This document shows positions 1 to 11,700 of a DNA stretch of 52,678 nt, piece by piece (positions within the stretch are counted from its first letter, which is position 1; each line of letters opens with the position of its first letter). The translations under genes were made by a program, and so were the position numbers. The DNA is from Klebsormidium nitens. Taxonomy: Eukaryota > Plantae > Klebsormidiophyceae. Under the pieces are notes generated by a model. That model was not told the DNA's origin. It saw only the letters and a list, made by a program, of their open reading frames with translations, and did not search any database. The stretch covers positions 66,096-118,773 of the forward strand of contig DF237215.1 in the NCBI GenBank assembly GCA_000708835.1, given 5' to 3'.

Positions 1-209
1 GACATGCGGAGGCCCGGCCTCTGCGCTCAGGCCGCGCGCGCAACGCGCCCCGCCGCGGCTGCCCCTGATGCTGGTACAGAGCTACAGAGCACTTTCGCAG
101 CTTCCGCAGCTTCTCCCTGTTTGCGAACTTTGCAAAGGCTCAGACTCAGAGTCAGAGTCAGAGTCAGAGACTCGAGAAGGTTCAACTTTCATTGTCAAAA
201 TACATTCCA

Positions 210-2291
210 ATGCCAATGGCGGCCACCACCCTCAACCGGGTTGCAACTTTCCCCTGGCTCCATTGTAAAGCAAACAGTACCACCCCTGCATCAACCTGCC
301 TCACTCTAGTGCATCATCAAGTCTGCGCTAGGAATTTGCCAACTCCAGAGAGCACCCAATCGCGGCGGCCGTTTTTTGAGGGATCTTATCAATCGTTCTG
401 CTCGTCCCGTGTTCTTACAACCATAGCGCACCCGCAAAGTAGCAGGGAAGTTTCACACGTGCGTGCAATTGCAAATGTTGAGGAGAGAGTGGATGCTGTG
501 GCGAGCGAGGAACAAAAGAAGACGCTGATCAAGGTGTGCGGGGTGACTTGCCCCGAGGACGCAGTGGTGGCGGCTGAGGCGGGCGCTGACCTCATTGGAA
601 TGATTATGTGGTCGGGGTCCAAGCGCTATGTCACGGTTGAACAGGCAAGTGTTCTTTTCTGCTCTTTCATCCCTTCGAAGAAATGAATCTGTTTTCAACA
701 GTGAACTTGGGAACTTTGGGAACTTGCAGCTCACCAGACGCGTCGCAGGCTGACATCATATGTAATTGTAGAACCTTGCACCTATTCCTGCTTGTTAAAG
801 AAAGTCCAAAGCTGCAGCGGCTGGAACCCCCATCACTGCAAAGAAAATTGCGGTCTCCTTTCGTTAGGAGTCTTACTGCAGATGAGAAGAACTGCTTCCC
901 TCAAACATGCCGGTGCTATCAACAGGCTAGGTTCCGTCATTCTTCTGTGCTCATGCAAACCATACTTCAATTTTCATTGTTTTGGGATCAACGTCTAAGC
1001 CGGTGCCTGGATAGGATTCAGGCCGTTGGAATTCTTATTTTCTGAACAATCTATGGTACGGAGACTGGTGATGAACATATGGCATCGGGAAGATTTAAGA
1101 GTGCTCCTGAACATTGCCCCCCTACATCACCATTGCAGGGGTCTTTCACCACTTTGAAACAGGGAGCTCCTTGTAATCGAACATTTCCTTGAGTCTTTTA
1201 TTCAACAGACTTGGGACTGGCAACCAGTCCATCTTCTTCTGACCCTTCTGAGTGATTGCCTCTCGGTCTTCTTTCTCACATCTCCAAGTGATTGCTTACT
1301 TGTGTAGTGTCCTCCTTCAGTTCTTGCCCTCGAGGTTTCCCCATAGGAGTCTTTCCACTCTCTGGTTATGGTAGCAGCTCAATCTCATACCCTGCCAGAA
1401 AGTGAATTTGGTTTGTAACATGTCATTGAGCTCTGCTTTTTGAGGATCTTTTGAATTTATTGAGGATCTCATATTGGCACTTTCCCCTTGCAGGCAGCTC
1501 AGATTTCGGCAGCTGCAAGGAAACATGGCGCCGAACCCGTCGCCGTCTTCGTCGACGGCACCGCCGCTGAAATCATCGACGCTTGCACGGCCGCTGACAT
1601 CAGCATCGCGCAGCTACACGGGGACGAGGCGCGGGCCGCGCTCGAAGAACTCCCTCCGAAACTGAAAGTAGTGTATGTTCTGCACGCGGAAGCGGACGGC
1701 ACAATTCGAACGCCGCTGCCGGCGTCTTCGGACGCAAAGGCTTCAAACTCGACAGCATTAGAGTCCAACCTAGTTCGGGCAAGGTTGCCCGTGGAGTCAG
1801 GGGCTACTATTCTTGACCCGCAGCCAAAAATTTTGGAGGGGGAAGTCCGCAAGAGGCTCTCTGATCCGGGCGCAGATTCGGAGGATAATGCGAGATCAGG
1901 AATTGACCGGATGCATGCTGAGGCATCGGGAGCAGAGGCGAGATCAGAAACGGGTGGGAATGAAAGTCGAGATTCTGCTAGCCGGGGAGCTGAAGTGACT
2001 TCAAGTAGAGCAGCAACCGTTGAGTGGCTGTTAGTTGATGGAGTATCAGCCGGCAGCGGAGAAACTTACGACTGGACAAACCTGCGGTTACCGCAGGGTT
2101 TGAGTAAACGGGGCTGGTTGTTGGCCGGGGGTTTAGACCCGACCAATGTTGCTGCGGCTTTGGGGGCCGCTCAACCGGACGGGGTAGATGTGGCGAGTGG
2201 AGTGGCGGGATTGGATAAGATCAGGAAGGATAAAGCAAGGGTCGAGGCTTTCATCCAAGCTGTCAAGTTGGTGGCGATTTCGACCACATAG
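210..2291 (+). CDS. PAI: Phosphoribosylanthranilate isomerase (TrpF) with a probable plastid transit peptide; exons 210-644 and 1494-2291, ~410 aa
   Basis: Motifs LIKVCGVT, GADLIGMI, AQLHG, WLLVDG..GSG..YDW, WLLAGGL and PDGVDVASGV. The splice joins RYVTVEQ|AAQISAAA in phase 0. The ORF-track start at 192 is TTG; the first in-frame ATG is at 210. Confidence 0.95.
645..1493 (+). other. GC-AG spliceosomal intron of PAI
   Basis: Donor CAG|GCAAGT at 645 and acceptor tttccccttgcag| at 1493. This junction keeps the TrpF alignment in frame. Confidence 0.85.
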
Positions 2292-3403
2292 CAAAGATTA
2301 TTGCGATTTGCAGCAAGCAGCTGCCCCGTGGGCAATCGGACAGCTCTTCCAAGGAAGTTTCTTCTATAAACCAAAAACAATTTTTATAACACAATGTTGT
2401 CAATCAATCTTATCAGTGTTGTCCGCTGGGCCCACCGTGACGTTATCCACCAAGGCAACATCATATGTGCGACAGCAGTGACCGCGCCGCGCTACGTCTG
2501 TGCAAAAAATAAACGTGAGACTGTCCGAACATGATTCGATATAAACCCATATTTTGACCTGGCTGGCATGTGATTGTAAGCCCGAAGCTATAGTCAATTT
2601 ATGAACGGTTGAGTTCATGCATCTATACACATTTCAATTTTCAGTCCACCCGGACAAATAGCAATTCTGACATTGCCTATAGGTATACCATTGAACGCTG
2701 CGCAGTATCGATGTCGACTTGGGGGCTCCACATCTAGCTGACCGGCCTGCATGCTTGTGTACATATATAACGTTATTGATTGTTTAAGTTGGGGCCGGCA
2801 TGCCAGCGAAAAGCCTGTGATTGAGCAATCCTGGCAACTGGAGCCTGTGACAACACTTGTCAACTGATTGCATACATGATCATCGAACCGGCGAGAAGAG
2901 CTTAAAGGGAAGTCTACAAGCATGTGCAGCGGTGAGCAAGTCGGATAGATGAACAGTTCCGAGTGCCCTTTACATTCGTGAGAGCAATTGATCTGTGGAT
3001 TTCTACAAACCAGCTAGGTCTTTCGTACACTACAATCCGCTATGAATTTTAGGTAAGCTGGCATTTTCTTTATGTATATTGTGCTGGTGTCGCGTAAGAA
3101 CGCCCAATAGTTCGAAGAAGAATGTCGATCGGGTCATTGAATGGGACTGCTTATTGCAGCTCCACCGGACCATGCCCCCACCTTACTATCCTGCGGTCAG
3201 CATACTTCTAGTGGTGTCGACAGACACAGTTTGGGGACACTAAGTATAGCATCAACACGCAATTTATATGCCTTATGTGAATCTTTTAGAATTGCCACTT
3301 GTACTGGTTTAACGCTTCATACACCACTCTTACTTCCGACGAAGAAACTTGACGCTGCATTGACGCCACATACTGGCAAACCCTGACCCTTCGCAGACAC
3401 CCA

Positions 3404-6400
3404 TCAGAGAGTGGACGAGTCATACGAGGCGTCTAGGGCCGCTAGCAATCGACGATGTAAAAATGGATTGCTGCTCGCGATGATTCCTCGGTCCAAGCCC
3501 ATGAGGAACCGCCCCCGCGAAAAGTCGAGCGGTCGGCCCCCAGCGTCCGTCACAACACCCCCGGCCTCTTCGACGATAAAGCAGCCGGCTGCATGGTCCC
3601 AAATCTGGAAAACCGGCATGGCGAAGTTCTAAAAGAGATGATTTTACGTCGTTCTGTCTGCAAACGACCACTTCACAAGCCTTTTGGTGAACCGGTTTCA
3701 AGTCAAGCATTAATGCCGTCGGTTATCACAGACCCAATAGGAACTAGAGATCAGAAGAAAGTTCTGGATACCCCCTTTTCGCAGCTGAGGTCTGCTCGAT
3801 CAGACTTGCTTGCTAAGTGCGGCGAAAAAACAGACAGTGGCGTTTGGATGCAATAAACCCTTGCAGTCCACGTGTCTTTTGAAGCATTTCAAACGTTCCT
3901 TTTATGCGACTTCTCAACCGCTGTCTATGCAAACATACTTCTCTAGAATAGGTTTAGTAAGCTCAAGTTTAATAAGAACGAAGCTTGCACAAAAACCTAA
4001 ACCGGAATAATCACCCGCTCCGCACCCATACCCACCCTAACCACCATATTAACCCTACCCGTCCCACTTCTAAAACTTGAGCTCACTAATCGCAATCTAT
4101 AGAACAATCATGCAAACGACTGGTGGGATGCCCGAGATCTGACACAAAGCCACCGAAAGTCAGAACACCATCCGCCCACCTTCTCTTTGTAGTCCCCTCG
4201 TGCAAACTTCATGAAGATCTCCGCATCCCCCTTCGCCAGCATCCCATATTTCGCCATGCTATAAGCGCGCAGCGGCGCCGTGCTTATCCCCAAACCCTGT
4301 GCTAACCCCGCGGTTAGGCTCTGGTTAGAGTTCGCTTTCTCGACCGGTTCGCAGAAGGTCGCCTGCGCAGGGTCCGTGACTGGCGAAACGAATGCGCGCA
4401 TTGCTTGGGCGCGCACGCTCTCGAGGGTGACGTCAGCGGAAATGAGGGGCTCCGCCCAGGCGCCATCGCCGCCCTTACGAGCCCGGAACACTATGCCCTG
4501 CAATGCGGGGTTAAGCTTCATCACTAAAGCGGGGTAAAATAAATCTCTTCTTGACTTTTGAAGGAGACCGCATGATTTTCATCCAAACAATTTCCGGTCG
4601 CTGTTTCGGTATTCTTAGACATAAAAAGGTTCAGTGCTGAACGGCTGTTTCGTTAGAATCTACATCACACAACTCGGTTGGAAACAGTCAGCATCTCCGC
4701 AAACCTGTTGCCTCGACACATCACTTTTCAACAGCCTTGAGGGATCGGTCGTGACATGAGAGATTGTAGGAATGGAAAGTCGCAAGTTGATTACCAAAGA
4801 GCCGGTTGCTCAAGCATGACTTTGATTTGCACTTGTCGCTTCTCATTGGAGCTTCGGCTAGTGGAGGCGAGTGGCATAAGTCGCCCGCTTGAGCAAGACT
4901 TTGATTTGCACTTGTCGCTTCTCATTGGAGCTTCGGCTAGTGGAGGCGAGTGGCATAAGTCGCCCGCAGAAGTCATTTCAGCAGATTACGTTGCCGTTTT
5001 ACGTTGGCACCCCGTCACCAAATGAAACCCCCTCGCAGCTTCCGCCTGCCGACGACAAATCTGGACGAGCAATCAACGAAAAAAGTGCGCCGAATTGCTG
5101 TGGTATAAGAGTATGATAAAACAAATGGTCCATGTTGGAGAAGTCATCAAAAGCGGACGGGTCTGCTCTCAATCCCGTCGGATCGTGACCGTCCAACAAA
5201 CGATCGCCCAACCGAATTGATGACACAAAGCCATGCAGCTGTTTGCGCATTTAACTTGTCCCCCTCGAAAATCTGACTCTCGCCGACAAAACCCTTTTCG
5301 CTTGAGAAAACCAGCTAATCGAATTTTGCACCGTAAGAAAGGCTCGCGGCATTAGGGGAGGTCAGCAACATTGACGCAAACAACTGTAATGCAAGCGGTG
5401 AACGAGCTAAACGGAGCCCAAACCCCCCACCTTGTGCCACAACCCCTTCTCCGGCGGGAAGAACGCCTCCGCGGCCCGGTAAAACCGGTGCCCGTACCGC
5501 ATCCACTCCTTCCGCAGCGGCAGGTTCGGACACCCCAACACGCCCAGAACCACTTCCCCCTGATCCACCAACGCCAAAGCCACCGCATACTGGTCCCCCC
5601 TCACAAATCCGAGCGTCCCATCTACCGGGTCCAGAACCCAGAACCGCCCCTTCTTCCCCCCTTCGTGCGCTCCCCGGTTGATCGCTTTTAGGACGTCGAT
5701 TGTGGAGAGGGGTTCCGAGGGCACGGGAAGACCGACGAGGGGCGAGTTCGATAGGCAGTCATTCACGGCGTCAACAACTTTGCGGAGAGTGGGCATCTCC
5801 TCGCGGCCTCGGAGGGCTTCAGAGGATTCTTCGGCGACCATTGAGAGCGGCTCTTGGGGAAAGGCCTCGGAGAGGATGTAGCTGATGACGGCCTGGACTC
5901 CATAGTCTGCAAAAGAGGATCGGTTTTGGATTTCAGTCTACCTGTTTGGCAACGCAGATTCGTAAGTACTCGTTGAACGGGGTGCTCGAAGCAGGATGGG
6001 GCTGTGGACACGTCTGCAAACAAGGTCCATGACCATTGGGAGCGGGTCCCGTGGAAAAGGCCTCGAAGAGGCTGTAGCTGACCACAGCCTGGACACCGTA
6101 ATCTCCGAGAGGACTGAGTTTGTGTCTCAGATTAGAAGTAGCCTGCCTGCTCTCCTGCTGCAGTTTCAACGGACTTTTGAGAAACAGTTTGCGGGTGTGG
6201 ACAGGTCTGAAAACAAGACTCGTGAGCAGACTGTCAATGAAACTCTTGTAAGCTTTTGAGGCGGAGGAGGTTTCCGAGAAGGTGAGCAACAAAGTTCCAA
6301 GCGAAAACCACATGGACCATGACGGAATCTTGGAACGAGGTGGTGAATGAGCTGGATAGGGAAGAATGTTTTGTGAGCGACTCAAAGCAAACAACTACCA

Positions 6401-8078
6401 CTGGTACTTGAGCTCATTGACGATTACAGAATGGAATTCATCCTATCTAATCATCCTCGCTCAGGATGATTCCCTCACATCCCACTTGCCCAAGTTGAAA
6501 GCTTGCAGCGATGTGAACACCGCCGACACCAACTGAGCGCCGCTTCGTCAGAGATCTGCTTTCAGGAGAAAGTAGGTTGCTGAAGCGGTTACATGCACTT
6601 TCAAAAGAAGTAGGAAGAGCCCTCACCAGCGATTGTAACCAGGGACTGGTCCTTCTTCAGCTTTGCTTGCTCTCGATCCCGCAGGATGTCTCTCTGAATC
6701 CGCTGACTCAGCAAGCACGCGAGGTGGACTGCGTACGTTGCCACCTGGCAGGCCAAAAACTCAACTTTCAAAAATTTTAGGCGTGGCTTTGGCTCAAGTT
6801 GTCGAGGATTGAACAAAACAGAACTTGCATATTTTTTCAGCCTTTAGATTGAGACTCCATTGAGTTTCCTCAGGCTTGCAGAATCCTTTGGGGCACGTGA
6901 AGAGCAAACATAATGCAAGTCCAAGCCGCTGGTTGGGAAATCAGCTGTTGTTCTGCTGTGCGCGGTGTCACCCACTATCTCAATACGTCGACATAACATT
7001 CGATCAACATCTGCAACCAAAGATTCAGGGCTACACAACGAGGGGAATTGCAGGTAGGAGCAGAAGGAGGGGCTCGAATACTTGTTGCAATTGTCACCAG
7101 CAATCGCCCAAAAGGCACAGTCGTAGCACTTGTCTCAGATGTTCGACAGTGATTGGCGTTCTGCATTCAGTGACAAGCTGTGCTGATCCTGCGGACGGCT
7201 GTTTCAATTGAGATTCACAATGCTGATCCATCATTTGGTCGGATCATGAACGAAACCGAAAACAAGACAGGTTTGTGTGCGCATGACATGATCTATGATG
7301 ATGTCCCGAGAGTGACTGTTTTGTGTCACAGCTTGTGCACTGCTCTTACCTCCAGTTCCCTTACATATTCTTGATCCCCCCGACTCAACCCTCTCTCGTC
7401 CGCTTCCCTAACAGAAAATTCTGCTGACGTTGTAGTCCCTGGCTCCTTCGTAGGATCTTCCCTCTCACTTCTCGCATTGCTGGAGCTCTCTGCTTCCGGA
7501 TATGTCGGGTCAGCTTCAAGCTCCTGTGACGTGATCCCCCGACCATTTGATTCTGACTCAGACTGCGACGTTGAGGCTGCTTCCTCTACTTGTCTGGGTG
7601 GCAAAGCGTTGGCGGCTTCAGTGTCTGGCACCGCAGAGTCCGAGGAAGCTGCAGCATTGTCCTGTATCAGGACAGAGTCTACGGGGCTTTGTTGTGCTTG
7701 GGCGGTTCTGGGCCCCGTACCCTTCTGTGTTTGCTGTGGATTGCTACCCTGGGCACTTCCAAACTTTGGATTCCTCCACCCACATTCTGCAGATCTAAGA
7801 TCACCAGAGGAATTCCAGTAGCTCCTGACGCTGCCCAAAACAGGGTCTAAACGCGGGGTTTGCTTGCAGGAGTTTGCTAGTTTCCTGCTCCTTTGCGCCA
7901 CGTTTTGGGAGAGAAAGCCTGTTTTAGTTCGCCCTAAAACTAAACCGCTGCTTGCAAACCCTGATCGGGTGCCCCGGACTTGCCCCACAACTTTCCGATT
8001 GAATGCTGTGCTCAGTGTGGATGCATCCGCAAAGTCTAGTTTGCCTATCAGGCAGCGCTCCCTCAACAGCACCCTCAT
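3404..8078 (-). CDS. AHL: HAL2/SAL1-family 3'(2'),5'-bisphosphate nucleotidase (AHL-like); exons 8078-7350, 6744-6627, 5906-5431, 4497-4180, 3604-3404, ~613 aa
   Basis: Motifs VTIA|DYGVQA, MVAEES, FWVLDPVDGTLGFVRGDQYAVALAL, VLGVLGCPNLP, FCEPVEKANS, YSMAKY..LAKGDAEIFMKFAR..YKEK|IWDHAAG. All junctions are GT-AG and phase-consistent. Confidence 0.9.
3991..4065. repeat. Copy A of a dispersed ~75-bp C-rich/G-rich repeat, in AHL intron 4
   Basis: aaaaacctaa...cgctccgcacccatacccaccctaaccaccatattaaccctacccgtccc matches the reverse complement of 41362-41437 and, more weakly, 46325-46375 and 46943-47020. Confidence 0.75.
4806..4967. repeat. Perfect 71-bp direct duplication (4818-4888 / 4897-4967) with a 10-bp inverted repeat around the first copy
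   Basis: Unit gactttgatttgcac...ataagtcgcccgc occurs twice with period 79. ttgctcaagc (4806-4815) is the reverse complement of gcttgagcaa (4887-4896). Confidence 0.9.
6031..6102 (-). pseudogene. Diverged, frameshifted intronic duplicate of the 5' part of AHL exon 3
   Basis: Reads AG|DYGVQAVVSYSLFEAF versus the real exon AG|DYGVQAVISYILSEAF 196 bp downstream. A +1 frameshift precedes the DPLPMV / EPLSMV match. Confidence 0.8.
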
Positions 8079-8725
8079 TGTGAGGGCCCTGTGGAATTGC
8101 ACCACAGATCTAAAAGAAGGAATGGATCAGATCCTGCCTCGATATCCGAGGCAGAGGTAAAAGGGTTTAAGCAATACCTAGTACGTCAAACAAAAGGAGC
8201 CTGGAATATACACCAGCTGTACTGCAAGCTCGCCACCGACTTCATGACCTAAAGGAGAAGGAAAACTTTGCGGCGGTGAGGGGTTTCCACAAAGCCCAAT
8301 GAGATCAGGCGTAATGCTCGCTAAGGTGAGCTGCCCTGATGTTGACTGGCGCTGCTGCCAGCCTGCTGCGAGGAAGGCTGAATGAAGAGGAAAGCCAGCG
8401 ATGCAGCATGGTGAAACTTGAACTTGAGTTTGACAAGTTGAAGCTTCGAAACGGATGCACTGCATCTATGCAGCATGACATCACCTCCCGCCAAAATTTG
8501 AATCTTGAAGCTTGCTAGCGCACTGCAGCAGGACAACAGCTGGTGATACAGCCTACAGGGGCTGTAGCTAGGGGCAGTGATCAGCGTTGCAGAACGTCTT
8601 ACTAAGGGCGCTTCAATGTTCACAAAGAGGGTCAGATGCAGACGGCTTGTTGCTTGGTCGCATCTAGCTGCTGATGTCAACCAAGACGTACAGCAAAGCA
8701 GCGGAGAGCACAAGGAGTGAGCAAA
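8079..8725. promoter_or_regulatory. Short divergent intergenic region (probable bidirectional promoter) between AHL and MSH7
   Basis: Head-to-head ATGs at 8078 (-) and 8726 (+). Promoter activity is inferred from position only. Confidence 0.4.
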
Positions 8726-11700
8726 ATGGCACAACGATCCATGCTGTCTTTCCTGTCCAAAAAACCCACGGAACATGGTGGTGAAGAAGGGAGGAAGCGA
8801 AAGCGGCGCGAGGACGACGAGCCTAAGTTGACCGTGACGATGCAGGCAATTGCGTGGGATGCTGGGGTGCAAAGGAAGGAAAGCGGGACTCTTTTTGGAC
8901 CTAATGGTCAGGCCCACGCCCAACCAGGCCAGAAGTCTAGTGCAAGGGGAAAGGAAGTAGAGCCTGATTCCCCAGCTTTGTTTGACGGGGTTGGTTCTGG
9001 ACTAAAGCCAGCGGGTGAAAGTCAGGAAAATGGTGGGGAGGTACTGCATGTGTACAAGAAGAGACCCAGGAGCAGTAAGGCGGGATCTGATGCAGGAGAA
9101 GATGGCGCAGCAGCTGTGGGAGTGGTAGAAGGGAATGCAGAGATTGATGAGAAGGAGAGGTTGAGGAAGAGGAATCGGTTGTTGCAGTCAGTGGGGGCGG
9201 ATGATTGCGCTGGCCCGCAGCAAAGCGCGGCGTGGCAAGAGGCGGCTGCCAGGTTTGACTGGCTGGACCCAGGTATGGAATAGACACTGTTAGGGTTTTC
9301 AAATTTGATGCCCAAGGTCCTTGAGAAGAAAAGATATGTTGCTCAGCGAAACCTTTGCAATCGAATGGTGCATTAGCAAGGCAACTGAAAATCTCAATCT
9401 AGTCACAGAATTGCTAGTCCAGCTCCAAGGCTTCTATGAATTTCAACGGTTTTTACTGGCTGGATCTAAGATCAGATAGACGGTCCAGAGTGTCGAGGTC
9501 ATTCCCCTTTCGAGAATCAAGGCATTCCAGTTTGAGATACCTGTGCAAGTAAGTATGCAGTACCAAGACATTCTGCTACCAGTAATGCTGTCCATACTGT
9601 TCAGACAAACTTTCAATAATTCGAAGAGACACTGTAGAATGCTGCATCTGGCCTCAGCGATGCCTAACTGCGAGTGTTTCTCTTTTTGAGCCTCCTGGAC
9701 TGATTTGTTCGTTGATTGTTATTTTCGCACACGGTTCATATCCCCAGAGTCTTTCCCTCGCTTTCATGAGCACTCCAATGACTGCTGTTGAAACCATATT
9801 TGTTGAGAAGCCTTCATTCAAGGGGCTTTGAGGCTTTCAATGAAGGTGTCCCACACAGCTCTGGGCATGCTCCACCTAAAGTGCATTCTGGAATGTTGCA
9901 TTTGCAGGCAAGATCCGGGACAAGCAGAACCGGCGACCCGACCACCCTGACTATGATGCACGCACTGTCAGAGTGCCTGACTCAGTGATGCTCAGGCTGT
10001 CTGGCACTCAGAAGGAATACTGGAAGATCAAGCAGGACTACATGGACATTGTGCTCTTCTTTAAGGTCGGGAGCTTCTACGAGCTGTATGAGCTGGATGC
10101 GGAGATTGGAATCAAGGAGTTTGGCTGGAAGTTGACCCTGAGCGGTGTTGGCAAGTGCAGACAGGTTGGTATCTCAGGCTTGCTGAGTTTGTGACACTCT
10201 GCCCACGGAATGGCCCTTGGCTTTAGGGCGTTTCAATTTGTTGACCTGTATTCTTGTTGAAGGTAAGATTGGCAGATCGAGCTGAGCACGTGCAGAAAGT
10301 TCTGGCAATCACAGCCTGAGCATTTTATCAGTTTCATATCACCAGACTACATTGAGGACTTGAACTTATGGTCTTCTTTTCTACAACCTTTTCTCAGTCA
10401 ATTCACCCAGTGAAGACCAATTTACAGGCAGCCGTGGTAACCTCTTTAAAGTCCACCATCACTATGTTGAATTTCAAACGCAACAGATGAGGCAGGTTTC
10501 GTGTTCATCAAACACATCATCCAGATGCCCGGTAAACAGGAGAAAAAGCAGTCACCTTTTGAATGACTTTTTGTTGATGCTTTCCGGGGTCCCTTTTATG
10601 CGAACAGATCTAGACACAGGGAGACAAGTGCACCTAACTCAGGCGTTTGTACAGGTCGGTGTCCCGGCTTCCGGCGTCGACGACGCATGCCGCAAGCTGG
10701 TCGCCCGTGGCTACAAAGTAGGACGCGTCGAGCAAACCGAGACCGGCGCTGAGGCCAAAGCCAAGCGAGGCCCCTCTGCGATGGTCCAGCGGAAACTGCT
10801 GAAAGTGGAGTCCCCCGCACTTTTGGTGGATGAGATCCGGCAACCAGAGGCGGTCCACTTGCTGGCGCTGAGGGAACTAGAGTTGGGAGACCAGGGAAGG
10901 GCAGTTGAGGCAGGGGAGAGGGAGCAAGTTGTAATCGGGTTTGCATTTGTGGACGCGGCGGCCGGGAGGTTTTACGTGGGGGAGGTGCGGGACGATTCGT
11001 CTAGGTCGGCGCTGGGGGCTCTGCTGGCACAGGTGAGGGGACGTGTCTGCACAGATCTCTTTCTCGAAGTGATGCTAAAGCAGCAAAGGCAGAGATACTT
11101 AGACACATGCCATTGGAGAGTGTGCAATTCGGGTGAACAAGGCACGCCCTTCGCAGAAGAAAAGCGGACTGGTGTTTTGTAACGTTAAGTTGAGTCTTGG
11201 CGAGAGCTGGGCGTTGCTTGGGCCCCCGTGTGCCATCTCGACCCTTCTTCTTCTTCCTCAATAGGGCCCCTTGTCAATCTACCTCTGCCGTGTTTGGCTG
11301 GCCTTATGAGAACTTAGACAGACTTCATGACAAAAACCTTCTCTCGAAATCCCTTGCGTTGACCGTACCTGTGAGGCCGCCTGCAGATTTTTGTAAGTAA
11401 TGAGTTGAGAACATAATTGCAATTTACAGATCGTCCGTTTGTTTTGTTTCTAAGGAACTTTGTAATGCCAACGGTTCCCAGTCTACTTCTGGAAAATACC
11501 TGTGCAGTCATACAGTGCACTTGATTCTAACTTTCTTCGGAGTAGCTTACCGCTGGGAGGGGTATTTTTTGCATTTGTTAGTCACATCCTTCTCTTCAGT
11601 ATGTCCTCTACTGCTTAAGCTAACTTGTCTATTGCTTTAGCTAACTTGTCTTCCGCATTAATCCAGATTGCGCCCCAAGAGATTGTGCACGAGCGGCACG

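Noticed and set aside
8321-8923. 200-aa minus-strand ORF upstream of AHL
   Set aside because: It overlaps MSH7 exon 1 antisense, has no motifs and has no splice link to AHL.
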